From the NCBI GenBank assembly GCA_022843095.1, contig JALHOH010000001.1:300001-332000 (forward strand): 32,000 nt of DNA, in the 5' to 3' direction. The notes under the pieces are model-generated. The model was given only the letters and a program-made list of their open reading frames with translations. It had not been told where the DNA came from and ran no database searches. The position numbers and the translations under genes were made by a program. The DNA is from Candidatus Saccharimonadota bacterium. Lineage in GTDB: Bacteria; Patescibacteriota; Patescibacteriia; 2-12-FULL-60-25. This document shows positions 15,974 through 21,350 of the stretch, one piece after another (the stretch's first letter is position 1; every line of letters begins with the position of its first letter).

Positions 15974-16048
15974 GCGTGAATCCTCCTATGGGTGCGAGAA
16001 AAGGTGCGTCCGTATCAGAACAGAAAAAAGCCATTTTGTCCAGGGATC

Positions 16049-16073
16049 AAAAAACTCCCGGATCACCCGGGAG
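16049..16073 (-). terminator. Intrinsic terminator of the small-peptide unit
   Basis: The minus strand reads CTCCCGG-gtgat-CCGGGAG followed by TTTTTT. Confidence 0.55.
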
Positions 16074-16096
16074 CGCCCATCGAAATACGTGTATGG

Positions 16097-16213
16097 TTAG
16101 AGGTACAGTGCCAAGAACGCCGTTGCGGCCGCGGTGAGGGTGACGCAGATGATAAAGAGCACCATCGTTGCGGGGAAATGGTCTTGTTTTGGGCGAGAAC
16201 GACGAGAGCGCAT
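16097..16213 (-). CDS. Unannotated small membrane peptide, 38 aa (MRSRRSRPKQDHFPATMVLFIICVTLTAAATAFLALYL)
   Basis: Hand-translated; it falls below the ORF-track size cutoff. It has a basic N-terminus and one hydrophobic helix. A -10-like box lies upstream (16228-16233) and a terminator downstream (16049-16073). No Shine-Dalgarno sequence. Confidence 0.4.
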   Translation of the reverse strand: MRSRRSRPKQDHFPATMVLFIICVTLTAAATAFLALYL

Positions 16214-16227
16214 AGGTCTTTTCGACC

Positions 16228-16233
16228 AGTATA
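16228..16233 (-). promoter_or_regulatory. -10 box TATACT, 14 nt upstream of the small-peptide ATG
   Basis: The minus strand reads GCTATACTGGTCGAAAAGACCT-ATG. The box lies just downstream of the rnc terminator. Confidence 0.3.
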
Positions 16234-16244
16234 GCATACGCCGT

Positions 16245-16280
16245 AAAAAAACACACAAGAGGGGATTACCCTTTTGTGTG
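16245..16280 (-). terminator. Intrinsic (bidirectional) terminator of rnc; the rnc stop codon sits in its loop
   Basis: 12-bp stem CACACAAGAGGG/CCCTTTTGTGTG flanked by A7 and T5 runs. Confidence 0.6.
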
Positions 16281-17006
16281 ATTTTTGGTGGCCGTACTGC
16301 GTCCGCGCCAGTTTTTGGCGTCTAATCCGGCATCTGCCGCGGCAACCTGCGCCTCTTGTTTGGAGCTTCCGCGTCCAACTGCGACGAGATCACGATCCAG
16401 ATACACGCCAACGGTAAACTCTTTCGCATGATCCGGTCCTTTCTCTTCCAGAACTTTGTACGTGGGGGTGATTCCAAGGAGTTCCTGCGCCGTCTCTTGA
16501 AACTTGCTTTTTGCGTCCACGTAGAGCTCTTTCTCGATGATATCCGTGAGATGGGAGAGGATCGTTTTTTGAATAAACGGTTCGGCCGCTTCCATCCCAT
16601 GATCCAGATATAACGCCCCAATGATGGCCTCGATGGCATTTGCCAAGATATACATGCGCGCCTTTGAATCTTTATCCCGCGCTTCACCTTTAGAGAGCAG
16701 GAGATAGGGTTCAAATTCCAATGTCTTTGCGATTCCGGCGAGCGTTTTTGCATTCACGAGCGCGGCGCGCCAGTTGGTGAGATCACCTTCCGGATTGGCG
16801 TAGGTGGTGTAGAGGTGCTCGGTGACGACGAGTTCAAGTACGGCGTCTCCAAGAAACTCCAACCGTTCGTTGTGTGGCTGATCGTAGTCCGGATGTTCGT
16901 TCAGATACGATCGATGGGTCAGGGCCTGCTGGAGGAGCGACCGGTCACGAAACACGTGCCCCAGACGTTCCTCGAGCGGGCCGAAATCAGGTTGTTCGGG
17001 CAACAT
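16266..17006 (-). CDS. rnc: Ribonuclease III
   Basis: The RNase III signature NERLEFLGDAVLELVVTEHLY is present, with a C-terminal dsRBD (GPDHAKEFTVGVYL..GRGSSKQEAQVAAA). Confidence 0.9.
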   Translation of the reverse strand: MLPEQPDFGPLEERLGHVFRDRSLLQQALTHRSYLNEHPDYDQPHNERLEFLGDAVLELVVTEHLYTTYANPEGDLTNWRAALVNAKTLAGIAKTLEFEPYLLLSKGEARDKDSKARMYILANAIEAIIGALYLDHGMEAAEPFIQKTILSHLTDIIEKELYVDAKSKFQETAQELLGITPTYKVLEEKGPDHAKEFTVGVYLDRDLVAVGRGSSKQEAQVAAADAGLDAKNWRGRSTATKNHTKG

Positions 17007-17015
17007 ACGTAAAAA

Positions 17016-17513
17016 TTACGAAGGAGAAGCCGTTTCTGCGGGCGCCGCATCCGTCTCAACCTTCGAAGGTTTTGGCTTATCAGATTCTTTAACAATCCCT
17101 TGTGACGCTTGATCGCGGTAGACCGCGCCTAGAACGCCGTTCACGAATTTTCCACTGGATTCACCGCCAAAGGTTTTGGCTAATTCGATCGCTTCATTGA
17201 TGGCAACTTTGCTGGGAATATCAAAGTTAAACAACAATTCATACGTCCCAATGCGAAGGACGTTGCGATCAACGGTGGTGATTTTCTCGAGCGGCCAATC
17301 CGGGGCGAATTTCGTGATGGCGGCGTCAATAACGTCGCGTTGGGTGATGACACCCTGCACGATCGAACGCGCAAATTCCTTCTCGTCCAACTGCGGAGCC
17401 CATTCCTCAAGATTGCGGTCGCAAATCGCGAGTGCGTCTTGCGATCCGCCGTAAAAATCCCACTCGTAGAGGGATTGCATCGCGATGGCGCGTGCGAGGT
17501 GGCGGTTGGACAT
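17016..17513 (-). CDS. nusB: Transcription antitermination factor NusB, with a C-terminal low-complexity extension
   Basis: [30 protein letters not shown] and INEAIELAK follow the NusB pattern. Confidence 0.85.
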   Translation of the reverse strand: MSNRHLARAIAMQSLYEWDFYGGSQDALAICDRNLEEWAPQLDEKEFARSIVQGVITQRDVIDAAITKFAPDWPLEKITTVDRNVLRIGTYELLFNFDIPSKVAINEAIELAKTFGGESSGKFVNGVLGAVYRDQASQGIVKESDKPKPSKVETDAAPAETASPS

Positions 17514-17530
17514 AGAAGGAAAAGGAGCGT

Positions 17531-17557
17531 TCGTCGGGTGGGGTCACCACCCGACGA
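17531..17557 (-). terminator. GC-rich hairpin between rpmF and nusB (weak U-tract)
   Basis: TCGTCGGGTGG-ggtca-CCACCCGACGA. Confidence 0.35.
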
Positions 17558-17565
17558 CTCGGCTA

Positions 17566-17847
17566 TTAGGAATGGTCGTGACCGGCGTGATCGTGGTCGT
17601 GATCATGCGCGGCGGCTGCCGGCGCAGATTTGGCCTTGGTCTTCGCGAGCATCTTTTGGAGCTTGCGATCGCGGCCTTTCACGTGAATCTGGATCCCGCG
17701 GTATTCCGTGGCGTTTGGCGCAACACGGTGAGGGAGGTGCACAGCACCCGTCTTCTTATCGGTCGACAACTGAACGGTCTTCAACGCAAAATGCGACGCG
17801 CGGCGGCGCTTGTGCGAGGAGGTTCGGCGATGGCCAGGCAAGCCCAT
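17566..17847 (-). CDS. rpmF: 50S ribosomal protein L32 (Cys-less form) with a His/Asp-rich C-terminal tail
   Basis: MGLPGHRRTSSHKRRRASHFALK matches the L32 N-terminal pattern (M.VPKr+tSk...RR.h). There are no Cys residues. The tail ends AAAAHDHDHDHAGHDHS. The start is set at the ATG at 17847, inside the longer track ORF. Confidence 0.8.
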   Translation of the reverse strand: MGLPGHRRTSSHKRRRASHFALKTVQLSTDKKTGAVHLPHRVAPNATEYRGIQIHVKGRDRKLQKMLAKTKAKSAPAAAAHDHDHDHAGHDHS

Positions 17848-17852
17848 AAATC

Positions 17853-17881
17853 GTGATATTCTACTGGGTTGGTTATGACAA
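17853..17881 (-). promoter_or_regulatory. Sigma70-like promoter (TTGTCA-17 nt-TATCAC), 5 nt upstream of the rpmF ATG
   Basis: The minus strand reads TTGTCA taaccaacccagtagaa TATCAC gattt ATG. Confidence 0.35.
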
Positions 17882-17913
17882 GCTTTTGTAAGGATAGCAA
17901 AAAAGGGGAGGGT

Positions 17914-17942
17914 TTGCAAGGGAGGGCGGTTTCTGCTACATT
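17914..17942 (+). promoter_or_regulatory. Sigma70-like promoter (TTGCAA-17 nt-TACATT), 9 nt upstream of the ndk ATG
   Basis: The hexamers lie at 17914-17919 and 17937-17942. No Shine-Dalgarno sequence. Confidence 0.35.
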
Positions 17943-17951
17943 CCGCACAAT

Positions 17952-18536
17952 ATGGAAAAAACTTTGGTACTGATTAAGCCGGACGGCGTTCAGCGCGGCT
18001 TGGTGGGTGAAATCATTGGGCGTTTTGAACGGGTGGGGCTCAAATTGGTCGCCATGAAGATGGTTCATGCCTCCCATGACGACGTGGATAAGCATTATGC
18101 GCTTACGGAAGAATGGATGAAGGCGGTTTACGACAAGGCAAAAGCGAAATATGAGGCAAACGGACAGCCGTTCCCATATCCGGATCACATTGCGTACGGG
18201 ACGGAGATCAAGCGTGGATTGGTGGATTTCCTGAAATCTTCCCCGATCATTGCCCTTGTTTTGGAAGGGGAGATGGCGGTGTCGTTGGTCCGGAAGCTAG
18301 TCGGGTCCACCGAACCGGCGAGCTCGGCCCCGGGAACGATCCGCGGCGATTTGTCCCACGATACCTACGCGCTTTCCAACACGCAGAACCGCCCGCTTCG
18401 CAACCTCATCCACGCCTCCGGGAATGTGGAAGAAGCGAACAACGAGATCAAGGTGTGGTTCACGGATACGGAGCTCTACAAGTACGAACACGTGAACGAT
18501 CGCGTGCAGTACGACCCCGCCTGGTTCATGAGCTAG
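17952..18536 (+). CDS. ndk: Nucleoside diphosphate kinase (expanded, 194 aa)
   Basis: KTLVLIKPDGVQRGLVGEIIGRFE, TIRGD and NLIHASGNVEEANNEIKVWF (active-site His) are present. There is an insertion of about 30 aa (LTEEWMKAVYDKAKAKYEANGQPFPYPDHIAYGTEIKRG) and a C-terminal extension. Confidence 0.9.
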   Translation: MEKTLVLIKPDGVQRGLVGEIIGRFERVGLKLVAMKMVHASHDDVDKHYALTEEWMKAVYDKAKAKYEANGQPFPYPDHIAYGTEIKRGLVDFLKSSPIIALVLEGEMAVSLVRKLVGSTEPASSAPGTIRGDLSHDTYALSNTQNRPLRNLIHASGNVEEANNEIKVWFTDTELYKYEHVNDRVQYDPAWFMS

Positions 18537-18541
18537 GCTGT

Positions 18542-18574
18542 AACCCCCGACCCCTGGTCGGGGGTTGCTTTTTT
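18542..18574 (+). terminator. Intrinsic terminator after ndk
   Basis: AACCCCCGAC-ccctg-GTCGGGGGTT followed by GCTTTTTT. Confidence 0.7.
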
Positions 18575-18614
18575 GCCAGTTTTTCGCAAGGATCGGTCTT
18601 GGAGGATGTGGTTC

Positions 18615-19949
18615 ATGGATGAACGGCAGCGATCCATTGATCGAGTCAGAACGTTATTCCCCGCGCTTGCCGCTTTTGACGCAGAGGACGCGTCGGGAGC
18701 GGGAAGTGAGGAAACAGAGGATCCGCACTCCATCCTGTATGGAGAAGGGAGGCGCTGGAAGCTCTTGCTCCGCGAGTTGGCGCGAGGCCTTGCCGTGGTA
18801 AAGCGGCAAGGGTTTTCTGCGGCGACGGCGCACGATTTCTTGCTGCGTCGTTTGCATGCGTACTACTTCGGGGATCTGCGTGACGGTGGTCGTCGCACGG
18901 TTCCAATGTATCGAGGGCGGCCAAGCGATTTTGAGGCGGATATGCGCCGATGGGAGCAATCCTGCCTGGATGTCGAGCGGACGTATCAGTACCTGTCGCG
19001 CTGGTTGCCGGAGGAGCTGAATGGGCGACGCATGACGGAGGTGCTGGAGCGCGGTCACGTAGCGGAGACGGATGATCCGCTTGAGCTCATCCGCCTTGCG
19101 GGGAGTCCGAATCGGAAGACGCGTCACTTCGCCCGATCAAAACTCGTTATGGCGCAGTTCTCGATGGAGCAGCGTCGGCATGGATATGACCCGTCTGCGC
19201 TGCAAAGCGAACGACGGGATCTGGAGTCCTTTCTGGACCGAGTGCTGTTCCAGGAGCCGGAAGGCGATGCAGTTTGGCTCATTGCAGAGCTGGATCCGAA
19301 GGACCGGTATCGCTGCATCGCTTACCACATCCTGACAGATGAGAACGCGCCACCTGAGTCGTCCGCAAGTCGGTACCAGGTGCGACTGGAACGACGGTGG
19401 ATTCGGGTCGCAGGACGATCTGACCCGGTTCCCGTGTTCTTTTTCCACCGGGTGAAAGAACACATTATCCTGAAAGCACTCACCAAAGACGAGCGGTTCC
19501 TGGAACTGCTCGATTTGGGAGATGCGATCGCCATGATGTTCGTCATGGATCGCGAAGAGATGGATGCGGTGACTCCGGCCATCCGGCGTGTGCTTGTTCC
19601 GTGTCCGGGGCAAGTATGTAATCAAGGGTCCAGCGTCGGATTTCGGATGGGGAACGGACGGCTGGATCCGGCCAACCCTCATTCGAGCCAAACCTACGAA
19701 GCGCAAAAGTACAATGCGTTGGTCTGCGACCGTGTCGTCGAAGTCCAGTTTGTCCCGGTGAGCGCCTGGGTGAACGCACGCACGATGGTGGGTGAGGTCA
19801 ACCATCTGTACTACAAGTTGCGGAAACATCTAAACGACGTGTTTCCTGTGCTGTTTCCGCGAGGACTCTTCGGAGTCGACTGGTCGGATGTACAGGTCCA
19901 GGGGATGTGCCAAGCGCATGTTCGCCGGCGCGTCGCTCCTGAATCATGA
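18615..19949 (+). CDS. Hypothetical protein with a C-terminal divergent RelA/SpoT-like (small alarmone synthetase fold) nucleotidyltransferase domain
   Basis: GGAGG at 18601-18605 lies 9 nt before the ATG at 18615; the track start at 18573 sits inside the ndk terminator. The C-terminal motifs occur in the order FHRVKEHIILKALTKDERF, LDLGDAIAMMFVMDREEMD, TYEAQKYNALV, VVEVQFVPVSAWVNARTMVGEVNHLYYK. These resemble the RxKxxxSxxxK, DxxGxR, YxSxH and ExQxRT..W..HxxYK elements. I am more confident that this is a real CDS (about 0.8) than in the domain call. Confidence 0.4.
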   Translation: MDERQRSIDRVRTLFPALAAFDAEDASGAGSEETEDPHSILYGEGRRWKLLLRELARGLAVVKRQGFSAATAHDFLLRRLHAYYFGDLRDGGRRTVPMYRGRPSDFEADMRRWEQSCLDVERTYQYLSRWLPEELNGRRMTEVLERGHVAETDDPLELIRLAGSPNRKTRHFARSKLVMAQFSMEQRRHGYDPSALQSERRDLESFLDRVLFQEPEGDAVWLIAELDPKDRYRCIAYHILTDENAPPESSASRYQVRLERRWIRVAGRSDPVPVFFFHRVKEHIILKALTKDERFLELLDLGDAIAMMFVMDREEMDAVTPAIRRVLVPCPGQVCNQGSSVGFRMGNGRLDPANPHSSQTYEAQKYNALVCDRVVEVQFVPVSAWVNARTMVGEVNHLYYKLRKHLNDVFPVLFPRGLFGVDWSDVQVQGMCQAHVRRRVAPES

Positions 19950-19953
19950 ACGG

Positions 19954-19984
19954 AACCGCCCTGGATTCTTGGGGCGGTTTTTTG
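19954..19984 (+). terminator. Intrinsic terminator after the RelA/SpoT-like gene
   Basis: AACCGCCC-tggattcttg-GGGCGGTT followed by TTTTT. Confidence 0.65.
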
Positions 19985-19986
19985 AT

Positions 19987-20014
19987 TTGACGCGATTCCA
20001 CGATGCGGTATCGT
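19987..20014 (+). promoter_or_regulatory. Sigma70-like promoter (TTGACG-16 nt-TATCGT) heading a leader of about 240 nt
   Basis: The hexamers lie at 19987-19992 and 20009-20014, immediately after the preceding terminator. Confidence 0.3.
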
Positions 20015-20172
20015 AGGGATAAGAGTCGCGTGAGGATTCGGGCTAACATTCAGCTGAGGAGACGTGATCTAGGGTATGCGCCGTGGCGCAGCTGTGATGT
20101 CTCCAGCGGTACGTTTCCACCTTGCGTTTGTCCGTGCTGGATCACTCTGGCGCGTTCGACGAATGGCGGTGT

Positions 20173-20214
20173 GAGCCCACTTACCAACAGCCGAATGCCT
20201 CACGGGCTCTTTTT
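20173..20214 (+). promoter_or_regulatory. Terminator-like element within the leader (GAGCCC..GGGCTC plus T5), with a competing GTGAG/CTCAC pairing
   Basis: GAGCCC at 20173-20178 pairs with GGGCTC at 20204-20209 and is followed by TTTTT. GTGAG at 20171-20175 can instead pair with CTCAC at 20199-20203. The element lies 40 nt upstream of the SD-ATG of the next gene. Confidence 0.3.
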
Positions 20215-20255
20215 CGTTTGCGCGTGTGTTATGGTGATAAAGAGGAGGAGTATTG

Positions 20256-20753
20256 ATGGGACAAATACCGGTGTGTTTTATCGCAAAGTCGGTTGCAGAA
20301 TTGGAGCGCGCACGTCGTTTGCGTGCCCAGAGCGAAGGGAGGGATGTGATCGGAGAATCTTCTCTTGATGTCCTGCGTGAACAAGCCTTTACGGTGGTTC
20401 GGGAGCGCGCAGAGGTCCTGAATGTCGGGGGGTTCGAAAGCGGTCAATTTCCCGTGCGTCGCTCTTCGGACGCTGCGGGTGATGAGGAGGTCATGTGGCT
20501 GACGCAGGCATGCGGATTGGTATTTGAGCTTACCTATCCGGATATGCGGGTCCACGGACTTCTTGGGATCGGCGCCCTTGCTCTGAATCATCCAACGCTG
20601 ATCTTGGTGCATAAGACGTTTGCAATTCCGTCGAATACGATCACGGAACGATCTAACGTGCAGGTCTACGGGTATGATTCTTTGAAAGGGATTGTCTCTA
20701 CCGTGGAGACGTTTCTTGCAGGAATCAAGCTCCCCGCTCGTCTTGCTCGATAA
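20256..20753 (+). CDS. Hypothetical protein, 165 aa
   Basis: A strong Shine-Dalgarno sequence (GAGGAGGAG, 20241-20249) lies 6 nt before the ATG at 20256; the track start at 20253 is TTG. No recognisable motif. A terminator follows. Confidence 0.65.
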   Translation: MGQIPVCFIAKSVAELERARRLRAQSEGRDVIGESSLDVLREQAFTVVRERAEVLNVGGFESGQFPVRRSSDAAGDEEVMWLTQACGLVFELTYPDMRVHGLLGIGALALNHPTLILVHKTFAIPSNTITERSNVQVYGYDSLKGIVSTVETFLAGIKLPARLAR

Positions 20754-20754
20754 G

Positions 20755-20789
20755 GCCCGTTCACGCCTGTTGGACGGGCTTTCTTTTTG
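20755..20789 (+). terminator. Intrinsic terminator after the 165-aa gene
   Basis: GCCCGT-13 nt loop-ACGGGC followed by TTTCTTTTT. Confidence 0.55.
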
Positions 20790-21032
20790 TCTTGCCTGGT
20801 TTTCTTCGTTCTGATACATTTTCCCCGCTCGCGCAGAATCAGCCCCCGGGCCCCCGTTTCCCGAGGTCCGCCGAAGCAATGGGGTACGCGTAGGTTCTGG
20901 AAGGGGTTAGCGAGCGAAGTGAGCGCGAAGGGGAAACCTGGATACAGGTTGCCACTCGAAGCGCAGCGATTGCGCAGACCTAAGTGAGCCTCGAAAGATG
21001 TGAACGGGTGGTCAGCGCAATAACGCGAGTAC

Positions 21033-21107
21033 GCCGAGGTAGCTCAGTGGTAGAGCGAAGGACTGAAAATCCTTGCGTCGCCAGTTCGATCCTGGCCCTC
21101 GGCACCA
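21033..21107 (+). tRNA. tRNA-Phe (anticodon GAA), CCA encoded
   Basis: Acceptor GCCGAGG/CCTCGGC, D arm GCTC-agtggta-GAGC, anticodon arm AAGGA-ctGAAaa-TCCTT, T arm GCCAG-ttcgatc-CTGGC. Confidence 0.92.
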
Positions 21108-21108
21108 T

Positions 21109-21136
21109 AAAAAAACATCCTAACGGGTGTTTTTTT
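21109..21136. terminator. Bidirectional intrinsic terminator after tRNA-Phe
   Basis: A7-CATCC-taac-GGGTG-T7. Confidence 0.6.
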
Positions 21137-21175
21137 CATACAGCAAAATACCCGCCTTTCGGCGCGTATGCTTGT

Positions 21176-21195
21176 TGGAGCGGGTGAGGGGAATC
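21176..21195 (-). repeat. 20-nt direct repeat TGGAGCGGGTGAGGGGAATC (second copy at 21351-21370, the 3' end of tRNA-Gly)
   Basis: Exact match read directly from the sequence. The two copies start 175 nt apart. Confidence 0.9.
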
Positions 21196-21248
21196 CTGCT
21201 CCTTCGCACCGAGATGTGAAATAGAGATTGTGTTCGGTGCTCACCCGC
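21176..21248 (-). ncRNA. tRNA-Gly-derived tRNA-like element or pseudo-tRNA (73 nt)
   Basis: The minus strand reads GCGGGTG AG CACCGA-acacaatctctatttcacatc-TCGGTG CGA AGGAG-caggatt-CCCCT CACCCGC T CCA. The acceptor stem, discriminator, CCA and the 3' 20 nt are identical to tRNA-Gly at 21351-21425. The D and anticodon arms are replaced by one hairpin with a G-less 21-nt loop. A hairpin with a short T-run follows at 21152-21173. Confidence 0.45.
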
Positions 21249-21319
21249 AGCCTGGGGTTCTCGGATGCAATATCGGTTGCATCCTCGGGTCCCGTTCGAC
21301 TCCCCATTTTTTACTTAAA

Positions 21320-21348
21320 CAAAAAACGTCCGATGAAGGACGTTTTTG
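21320..21348. terminator. Bidirectional intrinsic terminator immediately 3' of tRNA-Gly
   Basis: A6-CGTCC-gatgaa-GGACG-T5. Confidence 0.6.
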
Positions 21349-21350
21349 TG

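Noticed and set aside
16047-16256. Two overlapping minus-strand track ORFs (69 aa and 63 aa) in the rnc / PARG-like intergenic region.
   Set aside because: Both run through the rnc terminator and/or the downstream terminator, and both have implausible composition. The 38-aa frame bounded by a promoter and a terminator explains the region better.
20078-20200. Possible ykkC-type (guanidine / ppGpp / PRPP) riboswitch in the leader after the RelA/SpoT-like gene. It contains CTAGGGT, GTCCG and GGCGG..AGCCC in the same order as the ykkC conserved blocks.
   Set aside because: The matches are short and partial. The GGUCCGAGAG block is absent, and so is the ACGGxGGGA..AAAGCCCGGGAG P3 hairpin; GGCGGTGTGAGCCC cannot form that stem. 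I treat this as coincidence unless cmscan says otherwise.
20886-20930. Resemblance to SRP RNA helix 8 (AGGTTCTGGAAGGGGTTAGCG versus AGGUCCGGAAGGAAGCAGCC).
   Set aside because: The flanking strands do not form the symmetric and asymmetric loop helices. The GGAA loop would be closed only by weak G-U pairs, and the 3' side has an unpaired stretch that is far too long.
21253-21306. Possible + strand tRNA, suggested by a GTTCGACTCCCC T-arm-like tract.
   Set aside because: No cloverleaf can be drawn. The central hairpin has an 8-bp stem with a 6-nt loop, there is no D arm, and the T stem cannot pair.
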